In this document: positions 53,901 to 64,000 of the stretch, one piece after another | How the letters are laid out: every line of letters begins with the position of its first letter | How positions within the stretch are numbered: the stretch's first letter is position 1 | Assembly (NCBI GenBank): GCA_964016885.1 | Contig: OZ024742.1 | Span: 148,924,001-148,988,000 of the forward strand | DNA: 64,000 nucleotides | DNA from: Eledone cirrhosa | Lineage: Eukaryota | Direction: 5' to 3' | Position numbers and translations under genes: made by a program | Notes under the pieces: generated by a model | The model's database searches: none | The model's input: only the letters and a program-made list of their open reading frames with translations | What the model was told of the DNA's origin: nothing

Positions 53901-54136
53901 CTCTTCAAATGTATCCCACTCAAACCTCCTGATAGTGTAAAATGGTTGTTCAAGCAACTATGATTAAAAGTTCTATGTTTTTTTTTCTTTTGTTTTTGAC
54001 AGACTCGTTCATCAGACTGGCAAGCTGGTGGTCTGTCAACCAGCTATTTCTTTGAAAGATTACAGGAAGCTAATCAACAAATTATCCAATTTGAGAAAAG
54101 TGGAGCACCAACTGGTTGGTCCGTCTGTTGGGACAG
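29610..54136 (+). CDS. FNBP4: Formin-binding protein 4 orthologue, 12 coding exons, 3'-incomplete in window (~795 aa)
   Basis: Manually spliced GT-AG exons give one open frame. Conserved blocks match human FNBP4 from memory, in order: MGRRGMPGRRRQLIQL (MGKKSRAVPGRRPILQL), SLSLVCDYTGSDSE (GLCLLGAYADSDD), DIDSQVASFLAEIDAL (DIDSTLANFLAEIDAI), WW1 EWQQCHDESTQHYYYWNINTNEVTWEIP, ELELALERKVNELRRLEE, KMDFLEI...LQVLLVQLKTRSSDWQAGGL...APTGWSVCWD (start of WW2). Confidence 0.95.
30340..32520. mobile_element. Old RTE fragments in FNBP4 introns 1 and 2 (30340-30950 +; 31170-32520 -)
   Basis: LKLNGKVYVACVKHAMLYG / LRWLGHV-like remnants; APE remnants DFMLIRK, ECTTEHKLVISN. Confidence 0.65.
31079..31138 (+). 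CDS. FNBP4: FNBP4 coding exon 2
   Basis: tgtcacag acceptor, TQTGCYRPDDIFIESKNVVK, gtaagt donor; 60 nt, phase 1-1, so it could be skipped in frame. Confidence 0.75.
34388..34483 (+). CDS. FNBP4: FNBP4 coding exon 3
   Basis: tttacag acceptor, SSLSLVCDYTGSDSESEDESDKGENDSNLNRN, gtaagt donor. Confidence 0.9.
34915..35271 (+). mobile_element. CR1-type LINE 3' fragment with (ATT)n tail
   Basis: TRGHAYK...RKHFFTLRVAEAWNKLPASVV...FKT; tail attattattat. Confidence 0.85.
36016..36410 (+). CDS. FNBP4: FNBP4 coding exon 4
   Basis: ttttag acceptor; S/T-rich, ends DIDSQVASFLA; gtaagt donor, phase 0. Confidence 0.92.
37815..38639 (+). mobile_element. Non-autonomous Helitron (825 bp)
   Basis: A|TCTATATATATAAAA 5' end, subterminal hairpin cccg-agcaacgc-cggg (38612-38627), CTAG|T 3' end, no TSD. 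Confidence 0.85.
38939..39167 (+). CDS. FNBP4: FNBP4 coding exon 5
   Basis: Begins EIDALGED, completing the FLAEID motif; ends PAVCLE-G|gtaac. Confidence 0.9.
39892..40096 (+). CDS. FNBP4: FNBP4 coding exon 6 (WW domain 1 plus basic NLS-like stretch)
   Basis: ttttccag acceptor; W..YYYWN...VTWEIP WW signature; KPKKKKTKSK; donor CG|gtattt, phase 2, matches next exon. Confidence 0.93.
40591..42090 (-). mobile_element. CR1-type LINE 3' fragment split by the RTE (40591-40665 and 41554-~42090)
   Basis: LKLRRLA..HTHK...NTRGHAYKIRKQH...FFTLRVVEAWNKLP; the rejoined 3'UTR matches the 34915-35271 copy. Confidence 0.9.
40666..41553 (-). mobile_element. RTE copy (subfamily A) nested in a CR1 3'UTR, 8-bp TSD tgtatagt
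   Basis: TSD at 40658-40665 and 41554-41561; near-identical to the copy 1 3' end. Confidence 0.93.
42130..43262. repeat. Three tandem macro-units (starts ~42130, 42485, 42988), each ending in a 27-bp GC-rich minisatellite
   Basis: Repeated ttttaacataagcgatt.aaaacaaatt.ccacacatacacaattgaa; 27-mer GAAGGCTGGACCGAAGTGTGCATGCGC. Confidence 0.9.
43738..44060 (+). mobile_element. Second tRNA-derived SINE family (V-SINE-like core); other copies ~37180(-), 53134(+), 57925(+), 61200(-)
   Basis: TGGCTTAGTGGTTAG box A, G.GTTC.A.TC box B, core tgtgtccttgagcaagacactttatttcacattgctccag. Confidence 0.75.
44540..45003 (+). mobile_element. Old RTE 3' fragment with GAT tail, TA-flanked
   Basis: GRLYDACVR..MLHGSETLA, RRLHWYGHVM; ends aaatgatgatgat(at)n. 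Confidence 0.8.
47001..47833 (-). mobile_element. Non-autonomous Helitron carrying a tandem SINE insertion
   Basis: Minus strand A|TCTTAACTATAATAAAG ... TTTCTGCTAG|T; ends ~110 bp upstream of the exon 7 acceptor. Confidence 0.7.
47941..48661 (+). CDS. FNBP4: FNBP4 coding exon 7 (long acidic/Ser-rich)
   Basis: atttcag acceptor, 721 nt open, ends DRELELALERKV|gtaggt. Confidence 0.92.
50154..50352 (+). CDS. FNBP4: FNBP4 coding exon 8
   Basis: tttttacctag acceptor, NELRRLEEEE...KEKK-G|gtaggt. Confidence 0.9.
51126..51224 (+). CDS. FNBP4: FNBP4 coding exon 9 (S/K/R-rich)
   Basis: tacag acceptor, ESSSSKRSESSSKKRSSHKDHQSKKESRSKSSR, donor gtcagt, phase 1-1. Confidence 0.8.
51746..51810 (+). CDS. 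FNBP4: FNBP4 coding exon 10
   Basis: ttttattgcag acceptor, SLNCKSHMEEPSKSQESDEKLK|gtaaaa; restores phase 0. Confidence 0.85.
52707..52811 (+). CDS. FNBP4: FNBP4 coding exon 11
   Basis: ETVIDLNQLVMDKMDFLEIDINKPSKLQVLLVQLK between tctcag and gtaaat. Confidence 0.93.
54003..54136 (+). CDS. FNBP4: FNBP4 coding exon 12 (N-terminal half of WW2)
   Basis: TRSSDWQAGGLSTSYFFERLQEANQQIIQFEKSGAPTGWSVCWD-AG|gtacgt, phase 2. Confidence 0.95.
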
Positions 54137-56443
54137 GTACGTCCATCTCTTCTTCTTGTTCTTCTTGGATATAACCTGTGCTAGTTTGCAAGTATGTTGC
54201 ACATTGACCTGCCTTAACCCATGTGACTGTGACTCTGTAGACAGGTGACGGATTTGACAGCTGAGAACAATGGCAACTGCCCGCTCTCAACAATACTCTC
54301 TGGTTCTCTTGTCAACTCCAATGATGACAACTAATGCTAACATCTACACTCACAATGTGTTGGACTTAATGGCCCAGTTCTCTGGTTAACTGGGCTAATA
54401 TGAAAGTTAAGTGACAGAGAGCAAAGGAGAACAGTCTTATAAGTTAAAATAAGACGAGCAAAAGAGAGAGAGAGAAAGACGGATTAGAGCTAATGGAAGG
54501 AAACCAAGAAAATAAAGCATCCAGTGGATTTCAGTAGAAGAAAGAAGTTTAATGACAAAAATATTTTGGAAACCAAAGAACTGCATCATTAGAAAATGTG
54601 ACCTTCCCTCAGATAAGACAAGACCATTAAATGACTTAATTAGACATGATTTCAAACCTTGGCCAAGCTTACCTTGTGCAGCTGCTGAGAAGATTGGTGT
54701 CTGACTGGTTTCAGCTTGGGGTCGGGTTTGGTTTGTGTCTCTTTATCTCTCTGTGGATGATCTGAAAGAAAGCAACCAGTGAGCATGGTAAAGAGACGAG
54801 TAAGGAAAGAGAGTGAAGAACAACAAAGGGGAAGAGAGAAATATATGTGTATATATATACACATATGCAAAAATTGGGAGGAAAACAGCATTTACCAAAC
54901 AAGCAAGCTGGTTATTGATGGCAAGTGATGTTGAAGTAGCGGCATTCACTGCAGACCAAGTGATGTTGATGCTGGTTTTACTGGTGAGTTTAACTTTTCT
55001 TATCTTTGCTTTCTGCAATTAACTGATACTGTATTTCTCTTATTTTCAGCTCTGATAATAATTTGTTTTTATTCTGTTATATCAATGATCACAGTTTTAT
55101 TTTTCCAATCTAATGTCAACATTTTTTAAAAAGAATCAATAAACACATCAGCCTACACAAAGTCTTTACTAGTCTGTGTGAAGTGAATGTGCATATGTAT
55201 GGTTGCTTTAAATGCACAGAGGTGTTTTCACTATAACTTTTTTCTCCATGTTCTCCTCATTACAATCCAACTTGAGAGCTATTTTACCATTTACGTGGTC
55301 ATAAAACCTATCAAAATATTTTAAAGAGAATTGTTTCTCTCACAAGGCTACTACACTTTCCTTTTGCATGTTATTTAGAAATAGCAGAAGCAAACAAGTC
55401 CTTCGGTGTTTCATATTTTAAGGTTAGCACTAGTTAATAGGTCATTTGGTAGAATGAAAATATAATTTTTCATGCACTTACAGGCAAACATTGTGTTCTT
55501 CACAGCAAAGCCTGTACTGTGCTGGCCGGGTTCATCTGAGTATTTCCCTTGCCAGAAGGTGGTGTAACTTGCTTCTGTCAGAGTTCCCTGTCTATAATGG
55601 CAGTTTTGCAGGCCATATCAATTTGTTGTAGATTAGCAGACAGACTAGAACACATGTTCCTGATGTTCCAACTTGCAAAATGAAGTGCTGGTGTTTTGTA
55701 TTTTCTTAAGGTTCTTCTACAGTTTTTTTGGTCTGCGGTTTGAGATGGCTCTCTAAGCTGTACGCACCCAGTGAAGTGGGCAGATTATAGCAGGACAACA
55801 CCTTACAGGCTGTGGGCTGTCCAGCTTGAGGCAAGTGATGACTATCCAATGAAATGCAATGATTCCTCCCACTGTCAGAAGTGACCCCTAGCACAGGAGC
55901 TTTTAACCAGTGGAGCTTTAAAGTTTGAGCAGGGTGATATGGAAGATCAGCTGTTGCCCATGCAGCAGATTGCCCCTGCTGCCGTGGTCTAAAGGAAAGG
56001 CAGAAACCAATGCAGATTGCCAACGGCAATGCAACAGGAGTTGCTAGGAAATGCTAAAGTTTAGTATCAGACAACTTTAGGGACTCCAGCTCCGGATTTA
56101 TCCTTGTGGTTTACTCTTGAAGCATTTCCCATATACGAGTATAGCTGCAAAGCAGTGGAGGTTTGAGAAAAAAAAATACAAATCTTTTCTCTTTTCCTGT
56201 TCCTTTCTCTTCTCTTTTTTTTTGGAGGGGGAGGGGTGATGGTCATTTACTCTCCTGAGTTCCCCGCTTTTTGACATGTTTCATTTTTCATCCTGTAGGG
56301 TGTCTAAAAATCCTCCTTACCAAGCGAACTTGGTGGGGTTGCTGATTTAGTCGCTGACAACCCGACCAAGCAATAGGTTGTACTGGGTTACATGTTACCA
56401 GTAGCGCTTGAGAGCGAACTGACATAATATATACATGTATGTA

Positions 56444-56474
<31 letters not shown>

Positions 56475-59400
56475 GGAGTGACAAGAAGATCACAAATTCA
56501 CTTTCTCATTATGAAGGAAGGTCTTAAGATAAATATAAACACTGAAATGAATAGCTGTGTGTCAAACCAAGGACAGTTCCATGAGCTTTGGTATCAAGTC
56601 AACTATTCAGTTTAGTTTTATCTCAGGATTATTGAAGGTTTAAATTATAACAAAGATTGAGAGTGTTTTCCTTCGTATGCTTGATTCCCCCAGTTGTCTT
56701 TTGCATTTTTTGTGCAAGATTCCTCTCAGATGGAACATATATCTTTCTAATTAATAGTTGACAGTAAGATATTATTATTTCTAAAAAACAAATATCTATC
56801 TCCCATTCTCGTTTCTCAATCATATATTTTTCTCTGTTAGATTCTAATCAGGAGTGCTGTTGAATTTTCAGACATTGTTCATTATATATATGTGTGTATT
56901 TTTTCCAAAATATATCTTTGCTTGATCTGTAGAACAGATCACTAAATTTATTAGAATCTGCCTCTACTTTTTGAATAAGACTACGATAAAGCTAAAATTC
57001 ATCTTGACTGTTTAATCACATAAAGTTTGTTTTCTAGTATAAGTTAACAGTTAATTATGATTAAAGCAGATGAAAATTTATTTGTGTAATTGTTTTTTCC
57101 CTGATATAAATTGAGCAAATTTAATTACTTTTTCTATTTACAATTTTAACAATTTTACTTAAGATTTTTTTCTTTTTTGTTTCATTTTAATATGGCTTTG
57201 ATTGCTGTTTAACCCTTTCATTGCCATATTTCTAATGAAATATGTTACTTATGACTTTCTAATAAATTGAAAATAAGAAAACATTTGGAAGGATTTAGTA
57301 AAATAGCTAATTTTTCCATTAAGCTGGTATTTCAAGCATAACAAAAAATTTTTAATGAAATTATGATGGAAGATATAAATTTAAATACTTGGTAGAAAGT
57401 ATATATGCTTATGTGCAAATATCACACACATGCATGTGTGCATGTATATCCACTTGGGTTAGACAGGATGTTACAGATCGAAACTGGACAGGTTGGATAA
57501 GCTTGTCTGGCTTGAATGTTGAATTTTTGCAGTTTTTTTACAGCTAGTTACTCATTCTAATACCAACCACTTTACAGAATGTACTGGGTGCATTATACAT
57601 ATATATATATAAATGTAATCTGAGTTTTTCGAATATTAATAATAATATTTGATTCCTTTGCAATTATACAAACAGCTTCTTTTATAAGCCATGTCAGTAG
57701 AATGAGCCCCTCATTCTCGCTCTAACTAGTTGTTATGTATGTAATTAGCCTTACACCTTCAAAATACTTAAGTTTCATGCGTCTTTATCAGTCACTTATA
57801 CTTGTTTTGGTAAATGACTTGATTATTTGTTGAAACTGAAACAATTACTTTGTGTAAGTCATGATAGCCATTAAGAACAGGCACACTGTTATATTCAATT
57901 TTTGATAGCATTGCATAAGTGAAGGTGCATGGCTTAGTGGTTAGGGTCCTGGTCTCACAATCATAAGGTCATGAGTTTGATTCCTGAACCTGGCAGCACA
58001 TTGTGTCCTTGAGCTAGGCACTTTATTTCATGTTGCTCTAGTCTGAGGGCTGACACAGTTTTGTGACTAAATACTATCAAAAAGTTTCATCATACATTTA
58101 CCTCCTGGTCACGGACATAACTCCATTGTGTTGTAAGTGTTGTATATCATTATCATCATTTTGCGCCCATTTCTCTGCTTCCATGGTTCAGATAGGTCCT
58201 CTTTAGCTTAGCAATTAATGATGATACTTACTGGGCCCATCATTGAGAATTAACCCTTCCTGTATTACCTAATTGACTATATGATTGACTATCTTGTTGA
58301 TTCATTTAGTTCCTCTCTAAATGCTTCATACCCTCCACACTCTTACTCCTGACATAACTCTTCTTATGGCTCTTCGATTTCTCCAAGAAATCAGAAATTA
58401 AAATTATATCTTATGATAGATTTTTCTAAAAAGCTGCACTAATTTTCTGAATTCTGAACTTATATTGTTAGTTCTAACATTAAAGTAATACAGATCCAGT
58501 TAATTTTTAGCAAGATCTTATTCAAAAGGTTTGTTTCTCCAGTTGATTTATGGTGAAATAATATTGGAGGCAGATTCTAGGAAATTATTCAAGCAAGAAT
58601 TTTTCATATTAATTTTTTCCTACAGCTCTCTCTCTCTCTATATATATATATATTCATTGACTTATTTTGTTTCTTTATAATGAATATGCTCTTTTATTTC
58701 TATCATGTTATTGTTGCATTTCTGTATCTTTTGTATTGTACAGAAAATACAGCAGACTTAGCTGTATTTCTGTCATTCTATGTTTCTATATTTCTTCTTT
58801 TCTACACGAAATTCAGCAACTCTAGACATATTTCTTCTATAAGAAATTAGAACATTATCGGAATTATTTAAATACATTTCTGCTTATCACTGTTGATAGG
58901 ACTTCAAAACATTAGTGTGGTTGGTTTGTGGTGGGTCAGAGTACATTTTGTCTTTCACTCTTGTAATATATTAGTGAAAAGCTTGAAAATATGTCAATAT
59001 ATATATTGTAGCAAATAGCCTAATTCTGAATATTGTGTGTGACTATCTGAAATGTAATACAGAGATATCATGTTATTAACAAGATATCTAGAAATGTACT
59101 TCAGATAAGTTTCAGCAAGCAGTTGTTCAGTATATAGCTATTGTAATAGTAATATCTGGTATAAAGAGATTTACCATAGCTATATCGTGACTAGTTGGAT
59201 ATGTTTCAATTTCCTAATGCGCAATTTGGTTTAATTTTGCATGCCAACTTAGGTTTGGCGGGCCTGTAACTTTAACCTGAACCTTTCCACATTTTGGAAT
59301 AGTAATTGTTTTTCCACAATAAGATTAACTAAGCATAGTAAAAGTACCTAAAGGTCACGCAAGTGCTGTAGTAAAAGTGTTTTATCACATTGATGACAAT

Positions 59401-62400
59401 CTTCACTTAACTGTGGAAGTGGGATTATTATCTTAAAACTTTGACTTACTTCCCCACATATTTTATTGGCCTAAACACCCCCTCCCTCTATAACTTGACC
59501 TTCTGGTTAAAAGCACCCACCCTATAAGTCTCTTTTTAACATAACCATTTTTTAAAAATCATCATAACACATACCGATTAAACAATTTATCAATCATTGA
59601 ATTGAGATACTGAGACTGTAAACCATTTTCTCTCTATTCTCCCCCTTCCTCGCTTTTATCTCTCAGTGGGGCTGCTGTATATATATGTAATATATATATA
59701 CGCACATATACATATATATATATATATTTATATATATGTATGCACTTCTGCATGTTATTTGAATACTTCTCCCCAATCCCATCAGTGGGTGATTGTGGGG
59801 TGAGGTTTATAAGGAGAATGTCTGTCTGTCCTCCTCTACTATTATACGAGAGCTGGATCAGTCGTTCTGTGCCGTTGACATGCTCATCAAATGGAGGCTG
59901 TGTTGCTTTTCTGAAAGGTGAGTTTAGATTTTTCTTACCTCTTTGTCCTAAATTTATCAATGCATTTCTTTTCTCTTCTCTTTTTTCTCCCATTTTTATC
60001 TTTCTGCTTCTCTAAATTGTTTCTATCTCCTATCACTACTCTATTTATTTCCAAAAATACCTCATTGTTTCTGTCTCTCTATCTACTTGCATAAAATTTA
60101 AATGAATATATACAGAAGGCATTAGAACATTATATGATTCCATTGCATTCATATTTTTTCACTGACCTAATCCGTTCAAGATTTTGATCAATTCAGGTCT
60201 GATGCAAGTTTAACTTGTACGTTCTTGTCTCCTACTCTGTTTTCCTTTGTTACTATGTGATACAGAGCTGTGTGAAACCTTGGGCTGCAACAGTCTTGAA
60301 GATATGTGCCATTGCTATAAGCTCTTCATGAAGCTTCAAATTTATCAATCCTCATTACATCATCCTTATCATTGTTTAATGTCCATTTTCCCTGTTAGCA
60401 AGGGTTGGACATGTCATCACAATCTATGTGAATTTTATTGTGGCACCAACACTAGAGAAGATGTCATGTCCTTGACATAGCTGGAGAGTCTTCCCAGCTT
60501 TTTGTTTCGCAGCTTTTCTACGGCTGGATGTATTTCCTATCACCAACCACTTCATAGAAGTGCACTGAGTTAGCATTTATCACTAGGAAGGTTGTTATGT
60601 CTATATCATCTTTGATAAAAATAAGCCCATTCATTTGGCACCAAGTAGGTGTAGGAATATTGCCAGTGTTCCTGTACAATGTGAAGGTGTAACAGTTTCA
60701 GAAGATAAAGTATTAAATTATAGCTCATAAATTCAGTTATGTTATTGACACTGTGTTTCTGAACCAAATACTTCATTGTACACTGTCTCAGTTCACCTGT
60801 GTTGTTGGACTGTCGTTGTTTCCAACAATGAGTGCTCCAGTTAGTTCAATCAAAGGAACTGCTTGCTTATGAAATTAAGTTACAAATGTGTAAGTCGCTG
60901 AGCTTTCCACAGACAGACATGTGCATCCTTACCATAGTTCTTAGGGAGATTCAGCATTGAGAAGTAACGGGAGAGGAATACATTTTTTGCTGATGTTGAT
61001 GATGTTCTTCAACAGGAATGGTAGCGGAAGCCACAGTCGTCAGTTTTTGCCGTTGTTCAGCAGCAATTGTAGAGGAAGACACAGTCGTTGGTTCTTGTTG
61101 TTGTTCAACAGCAATGGTAGAAGAAGACACACAGGCCAGGCACTGAAAGGACCAATTTGGTAGCTGGACCATTTCCCAGAGTCCGTCCATCATAGAAATA
61201 TGGTGTAGACTGAAGCAACATGAAGTAAAGTATTTTGCTCAAGGGCACAATGTGCCACCTGGTCTAGGAATTGAATTTATGACTTTATAATTGTGAGCTG
61301 AGCACCCTAACCACTATGCTACATGCCTTTACTCAGTCCAACTAGCTAGTATCAAAATGGCATTCTATTCAGAGAATAACTTAATATTTCATTTGCTTCA
61401 TTTCATGGAACCAAGGCTAATATATTGTATCATTATTGTTATATCATTTGATCTATAAAAGAATCATTCAGATACTCAACTGAATGTTTGAAATAATTTA
61501 TAAATTCAGAGGGTTGGTGACACCATGGTACATTTTAGCCTGGCCCTGATTTTGGTAATTGTTCATCATCATTTTTACACCAACTTTTCCATGCTGGCAT
61601 GGGTTTGATAGGACTTTTGAGGCAATGTTTTACAACCAGATGCCCTTACTGACACCAACCTGTTTAGTCACCTTTTACACCACACAGGGAGAGAGTGTAC
61701 ATATTCTAAACTGGATATACACAAGACGTAATGTGGAAACTATGTCATGTTGAAAGGAATTAGTTTTGTTCTGCCTGTTTTTATATGTATGTAGGTTTAA
61801 TGGTAGCCATAGCAGTGGAAAGTAAAGTAGAACTCTAGTGTGTATATATATATATATATGGTGTAGACTGAAGCAACACGAAGTAAAGTATTTTGCTCAA
61901 GAGCCACAATGTGCCACCTAGTCTATATATATATATATATATATTCACATTTCTTCAGTATCCTAACTCAATAATTCTGAATTCAAATCCTGCTGGATAT
62001 GACAGACATCATAAATTCAATATATACACACCCACACCAGTGAAAGCATAGAATTATTTCTTTTAAATGATACATTATATTGGTCAAAATGAAAAATTAG
62101 AAATTACTATGCATTTCTATATTTCTTATAAAATATATGTATAATCGTTGTTTTTACATCCATATCTCCTTGCTTGTGTGGCATGGATGAACCAGTTGAG
62201 GCAGGATACCTAGTATGATGCCCTTCTTGACCTCAAACTCTCTATTATTTAAAATAAAGTATGAATATTGCTGGTATTATGTTGTTACATAATGTAACAT
62301 TTCATTTCAAATTGCTTTTCATGCTATGACTGGGACTTATCATTAAAATACCCAAAAAGCCTTGTATGAGATGCAACCTTATATGAGACCAGCTACATCT

Positions 62401-63685
62401 GCATAGGAATGAACTGTAAATTTCATTGTTTCACTACATACTAGTTAATACTGGTTGCATATCAGATATATACAGTGGTATGATTTATTGTTATAAGTTT
62501 AATGATTAGTAATTTTTCATTCCATCCAATATAATGTATTATTTAAAACTTTCACTTTTGTCAGCGGTGTAAGTATGTTGAATTCCTGATGTCTGTCAAG
62601 GATATTGTTGGGCAATCTTCAGCATGTCAAACACATTACTGTATCATTAACCATTTCATGGTCATATTTCTCGTGCTGTACACTACTTATGTGCTATTAA
62701 TTTTGAATATAACCAAGAAGTTGTTTGTGTTTATTAAAATGACTAACTTTTACATTTATTTCTACATTAAGCTGGTGTTGGAAACATAACTTAACAAGAT
62801 TCTTACATATAATTATGATGAAAGATTTTAATCTCAATGTGAACACTTTCAATCAAATTTTTCTACCATAGAACTAGAGGTAGTTTCAGATAGTTTTGTG
62901 TGGAAAAAGATTAAAGTAATTCAATATACATTCTTTAATCATTAAAACAGTCTTTTATCTCATAATTATGGCGAAAACAGTGCCTCTAATCTTCATTACC
63001 AGCAGTTCAATTTATCTTCAATTTTAACTTCTATGTGGTTGTTCAATTAGCAGCCAAATCTTTCTCAAATCAAGTCCTACCATAATTAACATGGCTGAAG
63101 GACATATTAGATAATATAGTCTGAGACAGATTCGTGTTTGAAAGATAGGATGTTTACAGTTAGAATTTCTTTGATTACATGTTTACTTGAGCAGGGCTGA
63201 CCTGTGGCTAAACGATGACATATGTAGTCCACGTTACACTTTACTCCTATTTTCATTGATTCATATAACTTTCACCTTTAAATTGTTACTAAAGTAGTCC
63301 ATATTTACAGCATTATTATCATTACATCGACTTTTCCATGCTGGCATGGGTTGGATGGGACTTTTTGAGGCAATATTTTTTAGCTGGATGCCCTTCTGAC
63401 ACAAACCCTCTTAGTCACTTCTTAAGAAATGCAGTGATATGATGTACCTATTCTACACCTGATACATGGTTAAATATAAATTGCTATTGTAGTCCATTCC
63501 ACTCTTCATTTATTGAAAATCTATATATTTACTTCTTTCTCACTCAACTAGTTTACTTTTACCTCTCCATTTTACCCACATGGCTGACTCTTGTAATACC
63601 CACTGAATACAGAATTCTCTTTCAAAACCTTGTTGCCAGACTCAGTGGCTTCTATTTATGTATGTGTGCATGCATGTATGCCTAT

Positions 63686-63718
<33 letters not shown>

Positions 63719-64000
63719 TGGGCATATATATAATCATCATTTTACATCTATTTTCCCCGCTAGCCAGGGTTGAAAGGTGCACATATATGTATATATATAT
63801 ATATACACACATATATACATACATACATACATGAATACATACATGTATATATCTTACTTTCTATATCTCTTGTTCCTCATTTTCCACATCATCAGAATGT
63901 AAAATAACTGTTGTATATTTTTTTTCTTTCGTTTCAGAAATCAAAGTTTTTATAAAGTTTTTTAAAAAGATGAAATTTGCCGGTGCTTTAGTCGCAGAAC

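Noticed and set aside
55480-56425. GC-richer intronic block with ORF 55706-56029
   Set aside because: Looks like UTR-derived retroelement remnants; no recognisable domain or phase-compatible FNBP4 exon.
63938-64000. Strong acceptor tttcgtttcag as the next FNBP4 coding exon
   Set aside because: In phase 2 it reads RNQSFYKVF-stop, with no RYFYxN...QWExP continuation of WW2; the true exon is probably beyond the window. It could be another unproductive exon, but there is no support.

Overview
Eukaryotic, very AT-rich animal genomic DNA. The repeat content suggests a coleoid cephalopod, probably Octopus (inference, not verified). 1-29.5 kb is a transposon graveyard: an intron-containing Merlin/ISXO2-type transposase pseudogene, CR1, CRE, hAT, mariner and Gypsy remnants, and a ~15 kb block of long degenerate (TA)n arrays. 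That block holds several young, near-identical, 5'-truncated RTE LINEs whose RT carries a PHD-like zinc finger, plus Penelope-like repeats with a minimal hammerhead ribozyme and two long inverted-repeat elements. 29.6-64 kb holds the first 12 coding exons (~795 aa, all splice phases consistent) of an FNBP4 (formin-binding protein 4, WW-domain) orthologue on the + strand, with introns containing Helitrons, SINEs, a nested RTE-in-CR1 insertion and a composite minisatellite. The intron that splits WW2 (54137 to the window end) carries strong cryptic splice sites, a candidate poison exon and an intronic poly(A) signal. Most listed ORFs rich in Y/I are microsatellite artefacts.
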